DNA from: the human T2T-CHM13v2.0 reference genome, Homo sapiens
Direction: 5' to 3' (one strand)
Length of the DNA stretch: 64,000 bases
Assembly: GCF_009914755.1 (NCBI RefSeq)
Contig: NC_060934.1
Shown: piece by piece, positions 43,321 through 59,452 of the stretch
How positions within the stretch are numbered: position 1 is the first letter of the stretch
How the letters are laid out: each line of letters starts with the position of its first letter
Translations under genes and position numbers: made by a program
The notes under the pieces: model-generated
Told to the model about the DNA's origin: nothing
The model's input: only the letters and a program-made list of their open reading frames with translations
Database searches by the model: none

Positions 43321-44884
43321 GTAAGAACTGCCTTCAGGGGCCAGTGGTTTTTGTGAACGAATGTGGGGGAAGAACACCTGGATGCAGCCCCACCCTATGT
43401 GTGGGAGCTGCTCTTGTTGCCCTGGAGTTAGTGTTCCTCTGTGTCTGCTTGGAGTCAGAAACAGCCTCCAGAGGGACGATCCAGGCTGAGCTGCCTGCTG
43501 TGACCTTGGGCAGATTATTGAACTTCCCTGTTAAGGCCTAATTTTCCTTACCTCTAGAGGGAGGATAAAAATGACGCTTTCCTCCTAGAGTATTTGTGAG
43601 GAATGCGGCAGTCTAGGCATAATACTTAGCACAGTGCCTGGCGTGGAAGAGGCAGCCAGTGCATTGTAGCTGCTCTCAGTATTATCGTTGTTTCCTTCTT
43701 GACTTCCTGCTGAGGATGCATTGACCTTTTTCCATTTTGGTTTTTAAGCTGATTCAAGGGTCATCTGGGGACATGGCATGAGTAAAGGTACTGGGATGAG
43801 GAGCTGATAAGGGATTTTTGCCATATCTGTTGCTTTTCTCTGGTTCAGCTAGTGAGCCTAACGGGAGCTGCTGGGCAGTCACCAGCAGTGAGGAGTGGCA
43901 TGAAGCCTTTGAGATAGAAGTGTGGACACATGGGTGTCTGTTGGGGTCATGGGTAATGTCTTCTATGAACCTCTTACTACAGTGCATACCGTGACCCTAC
44001 CCTATCCGTGGTTGGCGCTGGCAGATGGCCACATAAAAAGCCAAACCCCTCAGGGTGAGAATAAAGAGTCTGGGACAGAATGTTTGGAGGAGCTGGGCCA
44101 TTATTCATGTTTTTGTTCTTTTACTTACCTTGTATTTCTCAGGTGTCTTCTTTGTTTCCTCTGGAGATAGGGATTGAGTAGGTTGAAAATAAATCCAGTT
44201 CATATAAGATCTCATTTTCCGTTTCTTAGTTGGACTCATCTTTACCTGTTCAAAACTTCCTAGGATGTTTGATTTTTCTATATATGCTCCCAAAGTAAGT
44301 CAGTTCCTATGACAGATGTTTAGTAAGCATTTATTATGGGCCCGCTGCTCTGTTAGCTTGTTGTTGGGGTGCCATGTTACATGGAAGAAGTTCTTTCTTT
44401 GAATTTTATCTCGGCTTCGCCATTTCTCAAGGCACAATCGTCTGCAGTGTCCTAAAAGCTGAACGAAAGGCTTCTAGCTTCCTTAGTGGCCCAGAGGTCC
44501 GAGTGTCAGGCATCAGGAGCTCCTGGCAGTCACACTCCAGCGTGAGCCTCCTCTGTGCTAGCAGCATCTTAAAACGTATTAAAAGTGAGGATGGGGCCAC
44601 AGCAGTGACCAAAGGGACAAAGTCCCAGCCCTCAAGAGCTTACTTCATTAGAGGAGACAACAGACATGCCTGCAATGTGTCATGTGGTGATAAGGTCTAT
44701 GAGGAATGAAGCTGGGTTAAGGGGGCTGGAGAGTAGGGGTGAGACACTGTGTCGTACAGAGCTATCAGGGAAGGCCTGACTGGCAGAGCCCTGGAGGAGG
44801 TGAGGAACAAGCAGTGGGCGTCTGGGTGGGCCGACTCCTGGTCTTTGCTTACCTGTGTTACCTGCAGTGTTTTTGATTCTGCAG

Positions 44885-45071
44885 GTGCATGGTACTCAGT
44901 AGGTGCCCTGATGATTTCAGTGCCCGCCCTGCTGGGCTACCTTCAGGAGGTTTGCCGGGCACGGCTGCCTGATTCCGAGCTGATGCGGAGGAAGTATCAT
45001 AGCGTGAGGCAGGAGGACCTGCAGAGAGTTCGCCTGTCTCGTCCCGAGGCCGTGGCTGAGGTGAAGAGCTT
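44885..45071 (+). CDS. ZFYVE27: Protrudin exon 4 (GAWYSVGALM...EVKSF)
   Basis: ctgcag|...|gtgagt, 187 nt. Confidence 0.95.
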
Positions 45072-45324
45072 GTGAGTATGGAAGAGAGGCCAGGGAGGTG
45101 GGGGAACAGTAACAGCAGCCATGGCACTAAGTGCTAGCTTTGTGTGCTCGACATCATATTAGGCAAACCACAGCTGTTATTTCATTTAACCTTTTTAACA
45201 GTTCCGGGAGGTAGTTAATATTAACATCTTCCATTTATGGGTAAAGAAAAAGGCTGACTTACTTAGCTAGAAAGTGGCCAAGCTGGGATGAGAATCTCGA
45301 TCTAGCTGTTTTCACAGCTTCTGT

Positions 45325-45633
<309 letters not shown>

Positions 45634-46139
45634 CCTGTTCTTTCTGCTGGAGAGACAGTTTAGGGTCTTGACTAAGCATGTGCATGTATAAGCCACTGCC
45701 TGGGTTCAAATCCCAGCTCTTCCATTTACTTGCTGTGTAACATTGGGCAAGTTGCTTAGCCTCTGTGTGTCTCAAGTTTCTCATCTGTTAAATGGAATGA
45801 TAACAGGGCTTACTCAGAAGGTGGTTGTGAAGATTGAACAGGTGTCTTGTACTGGGGAAGTGTTGAGTAGATATTAGTTATCATCACTACACTGTGGAGA
45901 AACTTCGTAAACATGACAGAGCTGGTACTTCTGAGGAAGCATTTTAAGACTTGAAAAATATTCATCTAACAACTTCAGTAGCAGTGGACGTTTACACCTC
46001 CCTTCCCTGGAGTGGGGTCTCTGCATTCTCTTGAAATAGAATAGGGGCAAGAAAAGTTATAAACAAACAGATGGCTGGGCCTCACCCCAGAAATTCCGAG
46101 TCAGTTATCTGGAGTGGGGCCTGGATATGTAGTTTTTTT

Positions 46140-47990
<1,851 letters not shown>

Positions 47991-48421
47991 TAAAAAAACA
48001 ACAACCAGAACTCCCCAAGTGAGTCTGTTTCACATCCCAGGTAGAGAATATCATGCCATTTATTCTGACAGCTGCTGTGTACCCGTGAGGTGGGTCCTCT
48101 GATCCTCATTTTATAGATAAAGAAGCCACAGCCCTGGAGAATTTCAGTAGCCTGCCTGACATCAACAGTTAGAAGACCAAAGCAGGAACATTTATACTGT
48201 TACCACCTCAGCAAGAGGCTCCAAAAAGGGGACTGAAATGTAGCTGGGGTGGCTTAGCCAGGCCCGTTTCTCCCATGCTCTCTCGACTCCTCTCTCTTTA
48301 AGCACATGGTGAGTGTGTTTAAAGAGATTGACCATCCCTAGCCAACTGTACCTGCAAGGCCCCAGGCTCCACTTCCCAGGGCTTCTGTCCTGCCCACTCA
48401 CCAAAGCCCCTGTGTCTGTAG

Positions 48422-48517
48422 CTTGATCCAGCTGGAGGCCTTCCTGAGCCGCCTGTGCTGCACATGTGAAGCCGCCTACCGCGTGCTGCACTGGGAGAAC
48501 CCCGTCGTGTCCTCACA
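48422..48517 (+). CDS. ZFYVE27: Protrudin exon 5 (LIQLEAFLSRLCCTCEAAYRVLHWENPVVSS)
   Basis: tgtag|...CA|gtgagt, 96 nt. Confidence 0.95.
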
Positions 48518-49626
48518 GTGAGTGACCCCTCCTCTCCCGCCACCACCCTATAGGAATTTGCAGCTTGAGCCCGAGCAAAGCCAGCTGCCTTGAGAGGACC
48601 TCTGCCCCTCTTACCTCAGGGGAAGAGCTCGCCTCCTGGGCTCTTGTGTGTATATCTGCACATATGCTTGCGGGCTCTAATGTACTGCTTTTGTTTAGAT
48701 GCTTGCTTTTATGTGTGGTAAAAATAATAATAGAAAAATAACTCACCATATAGTCCACCATGCAGCCGAATCTCTTGTTTGTTTTGCCTGCTAGAATTTG
48801 TCATATGCATCTACTTTACGGATGTATAGTTTCATAGTGTATGTTCAATTTTTCTTTTGTTTTCCACTTATCATTATATTAAAGATGATTTTCTTTGTTG
48901 CTATATAGCTTTTGGAATTATTTATAATACCAGATTAATATAGATGGCAAATATAATTTGTGAAACCATTCTGTTACAGATTTAGTCAATTTCCCTTTTC
49001 ATTACTAACCCCATGGTAAACATTTTTATGGATTTAGCTTTAATGTTTTAGAAAATTTTTCTTGGAGTAAATTCAAGGATGAAACTACCATATCAAACAG
49101 AATGGGTGTTTTTGAGGCTCTTTAATATGAATAATAGTGATAACTAATGTTTGTTGTGTTCACCTGGTGCCAGGCACTGCTCAACACTCCCTCTGTATTA
49201 TCTCACTCTTATAGTAACTCCATTAGGTAGGCGCTACTTCAGTCCCCATCTTACACGGGAAGGGAGCTGTGCCCAGAGAACCAAGAGACTTCTCAGAATG
49301 AGAAGTGGCAGAGCTGGATTCAAATCCCAGTCTGTCTTACTCTAGACTTCAGAGTCTAGACCTTAAGGAGTGATGATGGTTGAACCAGTTTATGTGCCAC
49401 CAGCTGACACCACTTTGGCCTCACCAGCATCAGGTGTTTGCACCGGTGACTTGGGATAGTTCTCAGTCTTCATCGCCATTTTCCGCTGGTTTGATGAGCG
49501 GCTCTTGTCAGTTTATTAATGTGCCCAGAGCTGTGTCTCACCTGGACCCTGCTGTGGGTGTGCTCCAAACCCGTCTCCTTCTGCTGTTACGAATTTCTGA
49601 TCTTGTGGTTCTTCCCTGTCATCCAG

Positions 49627-49739
49627 GTTCTATGGGGCTCTTCTGGGCACAGTCTGCATGCTGTATTTGCTGCCACTCTGCTGGGTTCTCACCCTTTTAA
49701 ACAGCACGCTCTTTCTGGGGAATGTGGAGTTCTTCCGAG
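49627..49739 (+). CDS. ZFYVE27: Protrudin exon 6 (FYGALLGTVCMLYLLPLCWVLTLLNSTLFLGNVEFFR; hairpin membrane segment; Gly191 codon GGC at 49646-49648)
   Basis: tccag|...|gtaagc, 113 nt. Confidence 0.95.
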
Positions 49740-50483
49740 GTAAGCCCTGAAGGGCCTGAAAGATGGGGCCCAAGCTGGCTCTGAGGGCTAGGCTAGGCTC
49801 CCCAGTTCTTCTGTCTCTACAGCTAATCATCAGTTTGCTGTGCTTCCACAAGGGCAACACCACACTGGGGTCCTCTCTCATGGGCTCTGCATCTCTGAGA
49901 TGTTAGATGAAGCTGGAATCTCACCAGGGGAGGCTGCTACCATTGGGCTCCCATCTCCCTTCGCTCCCTTCCCAAGGCAGATGAATCACTGCTTATATGA
50001 TATGATGGCTTCTGGAAGATGAGGGAAGGATGTTTTTCCCAAAGCTGCCACCCATCCCCTGGGGTGCAGCCACCTGGAGTTGCTACCACATGTCTGTGTG
50101 ATCCCAGAATACCCGTCTGTTGTCTGGCTTCTAAAGCGCTGAGGCAGTCTGGAGAGGCACTGAGTCGCAGAGGCCCGAGTCTGTACATATGTTTGGGTGA
50201 TTGCTGTATTTGTTTTCCTCCCTGTGGTAGAGTTATTTATTACAGAAGCCATGATTTATTGAGCATTTACTACATTTAATCTCTGTAGCTGTCTGGGGCA
50301 GGTGGTGGTATCTAAGTTTTGTTTAAGAGGCTTAAGTTAGGTGACTCGCTCAGAGTTAGGAGGGCGACTCTTTCCTGTAGTGAAGGGAAGAGAGGCCAGC
50401 CAGCTGCAGAAGTGGGTACCCCTAAAGTGCCACTCACGGTGTCTCATTTTTGCCTCCTACCTTTTTCTCCATTCCCTGGGTAG

Positions 50484-50623
50484 TTGTGTCTGAGTACAGG
50501 GCATCTCTGCAGCAGAGGATGAACCCAAAGCAGGAAGAGCATGCCTTTGAGAGTCCTCCACCACCAGATGTTGGGGGGAAGGATGGTCTGATGGACAGCA
50601 CGCCTGCCCTCACACCCACGGAG
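50484..50623 (+). CDS. ZFYVE27: Protrudin exon 7 (VSEYRASLQQ...ALTPTE)
   Basis: ggtag|...GAG|gtaagt, 140 nt. Confidence 0.95.
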
Positions 50624-50848
50624 GTAAGTGCCACTGTCAGGGCAGAGCCTGCTGTGGCCGCTTGTGGGCCCCCCTGTTACCAGCTTGTTTTTGGCTCCTG
50701 GGCTGGCCTCTGTTGTAGTTCCTGCTGTTTCCCAGGCCTTAACTCCCCTGAAGTGTTCAATAATAATAATTGTAATAAAAACAGCTACTCCATGCTTCAC
50801 TGAGTGCTTACCCTGTGTCAGATGCTGCTCCAAGTGCTTTATAGATAG

Positions 50849-51241
<393 letters not shown>

Positions 51242-51543
51242 TGAGGCACAGAGTGGCTGGTAAGTGGCAGGGCTGGGTCTAAGACCCCAGCCCTGTGGTT
51301 CTAGAGCTCGTGCCTTCAACCACTGTGCGATGTGGCCACTGTAGGGCCAGCTGTGCTTGTGTTTCCATCTCCCCCGCCCTGCCAGGCTAGAGGTTGCTCC
51401 TTCCTGTGAGTTCCTTCTTTCTTGCCATTGTGCCATTTCGTGGTGTTTTGGGTAGCCTGGATGCTGGCTTGGGGAGGTGGTCCTCTGCCTTAGGGAGCAG
51501 CGCTGCCATCCTTCTCCTTCTGTCATAGAGTCTCTCTTCCCAG

Positions 51544-51615
51544 GACCTCACACCGGGCAGCGTGGAGGAGGCTGAGGAGGCTGAGCCAGATGAAGAGTTT
51601 AAAGATGCGATTGAG
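51544..51615 (+). CDS. ZFYVE27: Protrudin exon 8 with the FFAT motif EFKDAIE; alternative acceptor at 51529 adds SLSSQ
   Basis: cccag|GACCTC...GAG|gtgggt, 72 nt; upstream tcatag| adds 15 nt in frame. Confidence 0.95.
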
Positions 51616-52593
51616 GTGGGTGGCCCTTCCCCAGCATCCTCTACTCAGCAGGCCAGAAATTGGGTGGTCCTGGAGCTGTTTTTTGTTTTTGTTTTTTAAT
51701 GTCCAAGTGAGAAGCTAAAACTTGCTGTGAGCTAGAACTCACTGGTTGAAAGAGTGCCACTGAACCCCTCCCCACTCCTGTTTCTGGTTGAGCCAGCTGT
51801 CCTGGGTGCCCAGGGCAAGAGTGGTTCTGGAAGTCTCCGGGTAATGCCCTGCTAGGGGAGCTGGACGATTTCTGGCCTTTGCTGGAGACCGTGGGCTTGG
51901 TGCCTTTGATATAGGAAAGGCAGCTTTTGAGGAGGCTACTGCCCTGGGTCTCCGCTCTTCTGCAGAGTGAGTTCCGTAAGATGTCCCTTTGCGGGGCTGG
52001 GAGGGGAGGTTGGAGAAAGTAGTTGCATGGCCAAGTGCTAGGTCAGAGGAAGTTAAACAGCTTTCTTGATTTTAGGATGGTAATTCAAATTGGTAGTTTG
52101 CAGAAGTGTTTTATTTGGCATGCAAAGTTTCAAAATAATTTTTTGAGCCAATGTTTAAATATGGAGAGATTTTTATTAGAACTGCAGGTTTCCAGTTTCT
52201 CTGGTAGTCCTGAGTCTGCAGCAGTAGGTGTAGCTAAGGAGCTGCTGTCTCCTTTACGCAGGTCACATGCTGTGGCTACAGGTGGTCCTCAACACCCCCT
52301 GCTGTATTTTGTCACTGAGGTCAAGTGGCAGTTGCCATTTGTCACATTTGCGTTTTTGTTTTTCTTAGAGTAGGATATCATTTCTCTTTATTTATTTCTC
52401 TTTGTAAAGTGGGAAATTGAGATATAAGAAAAACACCTCGTGGATTTCCACCAGGCCTGTGATTTACCCCAACTCACCTCAATCATACATCAGCCCAGGC
52501 CATGCAGGCATTTGACTTTCTGATGGCTAAAAGATTGCTCCAAAACTTTGATATATGATTGTAGACCGTGAATCTTGGTGGAGGGAATATGTA

Positions 52594-52806
52594 GAGCAGG
52601 GGTTTTCAAGCATTTTTGTTCATGACCCATAGTAAGGAACACATTTTGCATCTTGACCCAGGTCACACTTAGGTCTATAAAATATGTAAAACTTAAGTGA
52701 AACAAAAGTTTCCGGAAAATACGTTGTAAGGGATATTTTCTTTCCTTTTCTGTTCTATTCAAATAAAGACCTACTAAATTATTTTCACCCAGTTTGAGAA
52801 ACTGTA
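52594..52806. mobile_element. hAT-Charlie-type MITE (MER119-like)
   Basis: Termini caggggttttcaagc...cagtttgagaaactg; catgacccatagtaaggaacacatttt. Confidence 0.55.
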
Positions 52807-53009
52807 GTACCTAGCTTTCTCCAAGGCTGTTTGATGCTGGGATCCTCTTGTGGGGGGCGTCTGTCAACGTCACCATTTGGGAAGTGCGCAGAGCTCAGAG
52901 CAGCGCTTCCATGCTTCCTTCTGCTTGGGGGCCCCTCCAGGTAGCTTCTTTCTTCTTGCTATCTTTTTCTTTCTGTTTTCTCTCCTCTTCCCCGCACCTT
53001 GGGAGGCAG

Positions 53010-53030
53010 GAGACCCACTTGGTGGTGCTG
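53010..53030 (+). CDS. ZFYVE27: Protrudin 21-nt microexon L (ETHLVVL)
   Basis: Long pyrimidine tract, ggcag|GAGACCCACTTGGTGGTGCTG|gtaagt, phase 0-0. Confidence 0.93.
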
Positions 53031-53190
53031 GTAAGTGGAAGCCTTGGTGGGTGGGCAGGGGCTGGGCTGGGGAGGGTGGCTGAACCGGCTGCTGCCACAC
53101 CTCGTGGGGGCTGCCGCGCAGGATGCCTCTGCACACGGGTCCTGCAGCCTTGCAAGAGGTGGGCAGGACTGGAAGGAGCTGTTCCCACAG

Positions 53191-53335
53191 GAGGATGATG
53201 AGGGCGCCCCGTGCCCAGCAGAGGATGAGCTGGCCCTGCAGGACAACGGGTTCCTGAGCAAGAATGAGGTGCTGCGCAGCAAGGTGTCTCGGCTCACGGA
53301 GCGGCTCCGCAAGCGCTACCCCACCAACAACTTCG
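53191..53335 (+). CDS. ZFYVE27: Protrudin exon 10 (EDDEGAPCP...coiled coil...PTNNF)
   Basis: cacag|...|gtgcgg, 145 nt. Confidence 0.95.
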
Positions 53336-54441
53336 GTGCGGCCAGGGGACAGGGCTGGGCTGGTGGGGGAGTGGGGGTGGACTTCTGGGACTCTAGTGGG
53401 GAACACCCAGCCACAGGGGCAGAGTCTCAGAACTGTGGGTACTGACTTGTGACAAGAGCAGGGAGTGAAGGTGTGTCCGCGGGACCCCGGGGAGCTAGCA
53501 GATGCCCGGCAGGACTGCTGAGGGAGTGGGTGTGGGTTCCTTCTTGTCCCTCCATCCTGATTGGACATTCAGTTGTGGGAAGACAAGGAACTCAGTTTGG
53601 GAAATGCCATCCCAGGACTGTAGAGAACCATAATCCTGACAGAACTTCAGAAGGCAGTGTAGCATGATGGTGAGGAACAGAGTAGAGTCTCACTGCCTGC
53701 TGCAAATCCCAGCTCAGCCAGGTGTCCTTGAGCAAATTATTTCACACCCCGTGCCTCAGTTTCCCCTTCTGTAAAAGGGGGATCATCATTCTTACCTCAT
53801 AGGGTTGTTACAGGTCTCATGTCAAATGAGACAGTAGTACTTACGAAGGGCTAGCACAGTGCTGGTTGGTTCATAGTAAGTAGTGGGTGCGGTTAATGTG
53901 GGAGGCCCTGACCCACGCTGTGGGTTCCTAGGATCCTGTCTTGGTCTTTCTTATCCAGCTGGAAGCAAGTTGAAGCAAACATTGTTTCTCTGGACGTGAT
54001 AGAGCCCTGAGTTCACCTCTCCCCAGCCAGTCCTTATTTTACTGAGGGTCGGGGGAGAGCGGTCAAGGAAGGCAGCTTTGGAGAAGGGTGGACTTGACAG
54101 CACAGCTTAGAGACCTGGCTCAGATCAGCAGCGCTGAGAGCTGAGCCACATACAATTATGGTGGAAACCTAGAGTAGCTAGGTTGACCTGGGAGCTGCTG
54201 TGCTCCTGAGGAAGGGCCCTCCTGCCTGCTGTCAGATGGGAGCAGGGTAAGGGGGCAGTACTGTGTGTTCTGGTGTTGAGTGAGTTCTAGGGTCTGTGCC
54301 CTGGAAGAAGACAATGGAGTTTATCTTGAGGAATTTGACTCAGGGCCCCCAGGGTCCTGCCTTCCTACCCCTGCAGCAGCCAGGGCAGTTGTTTTCTCAG
54401 GATTAGATGTCCTGGACAGGCTCTTTCTTTCTGCTGTGTGA

Positions 54442-54766
<325 letters not shown>

Positions 54767-55489
54767 CCTTTGTTTTATTTATGCTGCCTGCTGACTTCTG
54801 CAGGGCATTCTGTATGTTCAGTGATCTGTTTACCCTCCATACTTGCACATGTGTGATCTCATTTCATCCTTACCGTAGGTGTGACAGGAGCAGGCAGTTC
54901 TTAAGGGTTCAGAGCAGCCAGATTCCAGCAGTGCCCGGTAACACTACACACAAGAAGTATTACTCTGGTCCAGCAAATAATTTGTCTATTTCTACAACTT
55001 CTAAGTAAAGGTACTTAGCTGTTCCCATTTTACAGATGAGTAACCTGAGGTAAAAAGAGTGCTTTGCCCAGAGACTTTGGCCTGGAAATGGTGGAGCTGT
55101 GACTCAAATTCAGGTTGTCTGATTCGGCTCTTGTCTTCTTTCTACCTCTTCATCCTCCCTCTCTGTTTTCCCTTTGCCCTTGCCTGTGAAGTCCCTTGTT
55201 TTATGCCTGTCCTGCTTTTGTATTTGATTTTTGGTTTGGATAATCTCTACCAGCATGGGCAGAGGCCTTTTCAGCCTCCCTCAAGGATGGCAAGGGCAGA
55301 AAGTGCTTCTTTTCCTAAACTCCTCTTAGTTCCTCATCCTTCAAGACCACTTGCTACTTTCCCTTTTCTGAGATGTTCCCAAGCTCTTTGCCATGAGGGC
55401 AGGTGTAGCAGCTCAGCTCCTGCGGCCTCTGCTCCTGAACCTGGGTCCTGAGAGCAGGGCGAGGGGAGCTGCTTTGGGGGCTTTCTCCA

Positions 55490-55806
55490 TTTCAGCGACT
55501 ATAACGAAATACACTAAGCTGGGGGGCTTTTAAATAATGGAAATCTCTCATCACAGTTCTGGAGGCTGGAAGTCCAAGATCAGGGTGTCAGCAGGATCAG
55601 GTTCTGGTGAGGTCCATTTCCGTCGTCATAGACAGCACCTTCTCACTGTGTCCTCATGAGAAGGTGGGAGGGGCACGGCAGTTCTCTGGGGCCTCTTTTA
55701 TAAGGGCACTAATCCCATTCACGAGGGCTCCACCCTCATGACCCGGTCACCTCCCAGGGGCCCTGCTTTGGGTGTTAGGATTCCACATGTGAATGTTAGG
55801 GGACTG
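55490..55806 (-). mobile_element. MLT1A-like MaLR LTR
   Basis: cacagttctggaggctggaagtccaagatcagg...ggcctcttttataagggcactaatcccatt. Confidence 0.8.
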
Positions 55807-57416
55807 TGGTGGGGGCTATTCTATTTACCCCTGCCAGTGGATGAGGGGGTGCATGGGGAGAATGAGGGCAGACTGCAAAGGAGCTTCTCTGTGGCCTCCG
55901 TATGGGAGAGGTCTTGGTGGGGAGGGCCCCCCTTTGTCCTGGAGGCTCCATGACTGTTGCCCTGGCAGGCCCCACTGGGCCTTAGTGCCCCTGCTGTCAT
56001 GGCCTCGGTGGCATCGTCACGTGGTGAGTGAGGATGGGTGAGTCCAGGCTGTTGCTGAGAAGGGGCAGAAAGAGTTGGTAGGTGTTGGAAGGGAACGTCA
56101 CCTGGCTGAGCTGCTCTCAGCTCCCAGAGCCCTCCCTGGCTCCGGTCTGTGAGTGGGTTCACAGCTGTCTCCCCAGCCCACTTGGCTGCCCTGGGGTGCT
56201 TGGCCCTGACATTCCATTCAGTTTAGAGGAGACCTTGGGCTCAGGTCAGTGTCAGTCTTTGAGTAGCTCCTTTTGCCTGTCCCATTCCCCTTGTGTCCCT
56301 TGCTAAGGAGAGGCTGGGGCAGGCTGCCTTCCCCAAATTCTTGGTGTAGGGACAGAATCTTGGAGCAGCCAGTTTCCTGGTTTGGCACCAGCAGTAGGCT
56401 TGTTCTTCTCTTTCCCTGGCTGACTGACAGGGTGGGCATTTACCTGAAGCACCTTGGCCTCAGATTTCCCCTGGCTCTAGCAGAGGTCTTCCTTTCCCTG
56501 AACCTAGGGAGTCTCCTTTAGCAAGAACTTCAGGTGATTTTGGCTGGACAGAGGAAGGGACCACATGTAGCCGTCAATAAAGCTTTGGGGCCTTTCTGTG
56601 AAAGTGAGGCCTGGTGCTCTGTACTTGCCCAGACAGGTGGTCCGGCTGGGTCATAGCAGGCCTATGGGCCCCACATCCCAGAAACCTCATTCTCTGTCTC
56701 TCCTCTCCCCTTACACCCCCTTGTTGTCTTCTAGCCATTTTCTAAGCTGCCGTTGCCCCTCCACTGTTGCCGGGCACTTGGCCATCTTGGCATCTCTGGT
56801 GGTTTAGGCAGGACCTCTCCCTGCTCTGCGTCCCCCCATGCCACTCACTGCCCACCACAATTGAGCATTCTACCCTTCGTGTCTTTACAGTTGAGCATTC
56901 TACCCTTCATGTCTTCTTGGAATGTGCCTGGCTCTGAGTTTCTCTCCTGCAGTCTTCAGGGGACAGAAAGCAGGAGTTTAGGTTTTTAGGAGTTTCTGTC
57001 TTTAGCCTGTGGGTGGAGTATTTGTAAGGCATTGCTCCGGAAAGGGTCATGTTAGGCAGGTGTCATTTGGGGATGCCTGTGGTCAGGTCCCTGCCAGCTT
57101 AGCTGGCTTTCTTGGAGTGGATTCTGCTGGGTGCTCTTTGATTTCTGTTGAACCTGTAGGTAGGGCCACTCAGCTCTGGAAGGGTTCAGGGACTGGTAGC
57201 TATGTATGGCTGGAGACATCAGTCCTCGGGGGCTATCAGTCTTCTTAGTTTGAGTCCTTCTTTCTGTCTCTGAATCTGGCCTTGCTCCCTGGCTCACTGT
57301 GTCCAGCCAAGGAGGCTGGGCTGGTGTCCTGAGTGTCCCATTTAGAAGCACCAGGAGCAGGTGAGCGTGAGAGTCCTGGGATGGGCGGGGGTTGAGCTGC
57401 TGCCTCTGTTTCTCAG

Positions 57417-57463
57417 GGAACTGCACGGGCTGCTCGGCCACCTTCTCAGTGCTGAAGAAGAGG
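57417..57463 (+). CDS. ZFYVE27: Protrudin exon 11 (GNCTGCSATFSVLKKR; start of FYVE)
   Basis: ctcag|...AGG|gtgagt, 47 nt. Confidence 0.95.
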
Positions 57464-57793
57464 GTGAGTGTCTGTGAGGGTGCATTTGTTGGGGACAGTG
57501 TCCTTGGGACTGTCGGGTGGGGAGGAGTTGAGGGGAGTCATTGAGAAAGTCTGGCTCGGGTCACATTGGGCCTGGCAGTGGCTTTCTGGAGTGAGTGTGC
57601 CCTCCCCTGCGCCTGTGCCACCTTTTACCAGCCTCCCCAGGGGGTATTCCATTTGCTCTCTTTCCTGCTCCACTTGGGCACCCCCCAGGCCCAGTTTCCT
57701 TGGGTGGGATCAGCTGGTGGAAAGGAGGGAGGTGCTGAGAACTCCAGGTGCCTGAGGGTGAGGGACACATCTGACCTTGGCTCTTGTCTGCAG

Positions 57794-57875
57794 CGGAGCT
57801 GCAGTAATTGTGGAAACAGCTTCTGCTCTCGATGCTGCTCCTTCAAGGTGCCCAAGTCCTCCATGGGGGCCACAG
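57794..57875 (+). CDS. ZFYVE27: Protrudin exon 12 (RSCSNCGNSFCSRCCSFKVPKSSMGAT; FYVE)
   Basis: tgcag|...CAG|gtgagt, 82 nt. Confidence 0.95.
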
Positions 57876-58397
57876 GTGAGTGGTGCAGGTGGTGGGAGGG
57901 CTTGGTTGGTATCCCGCCCAGGGGATGTCACGCTGTGGCACAGAGGCAAGGGTGTCAGAGGTCAAGGGAACTTGGGATTGTAGTCAGGCCTACGGGAACG
58001 TTTCCTCCATACCCTTTAGCAAAATCCTGAAACATTTGGTACATGCCGAAGAATAGATATGATGTACCTGTGAATTGTGAAGGGTAATAACAAGATGAAT
58101 ACCTGTGGCTGCTTCACTAAAGTTGAAAAACAAGAGCCCTGGCAACACCCCCGCAGCTCCCAGCACTGCTCCTGCCTTCCTGGAGTCAATCACCAGCCGC
58201 AATTTTAATCTTTTTCTTATTTCCTTGGCACTTTGAACAAAATTAAAAATTCCTTTTTTTCCTTTTATAAAATATAAAATATTTCCTATACATATTGTAA
58301 ATAAAAAACACAGATAAGCAAAAGGAAAAAAAATTCCTGATTTCTTCCTGAGAGAACAATCGGGCATGGACCCTGCTGCTCATTAGCTTGCATGTAG

Positions 58398-59110
<713 letters not shown>

Positions 59111-59387
59111 TAATATTTTATTTAAAAATTTTTGAAGGTGTTCTGTTGGTGCCACAATAATGTCTAATTCATAGCACAGGAGTGGCCTGCTGTTGGCATC
59201 ATCATCCCCAGGATCCCCAGTTCCCATGGAAAGAAGAATCTCTGCGGGCAGGCTAGCAAGCTGGGCAGAGAGGGTGTGGGCTGGGTGGGGGGTCTCTGTG
59301 GGGCATTTGGGAGGGTGCTTCTAGTAGTTGGGGCCATGAACCAAAGGGCGCAAGGAAATGTCTCACCAAGTTCTTCCTCCTTTTCAG

Positions 59388-59452
59388 CCCCTGAAGCCCA
59401 GAGGGAGACTGTGTTTGTGTGTGCCTCGTGTAACCAGACCTTGAGCAAGTGA
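59388..59452 (+). CDS. ZFYVE27: Protrudin last coding exon (APEAQRETVFVCASCNQTLSK*)
   Basis: ttttcag|, TGA at 59450-59452; coding exons total 1236 nt = 411 aa plus stop. Confidence 0.96.

Noticed and set aside
52870-53568. 232-aa minus-strand ORF
   Set aside because: Antisense to exons L and 10; no independent coding evidence
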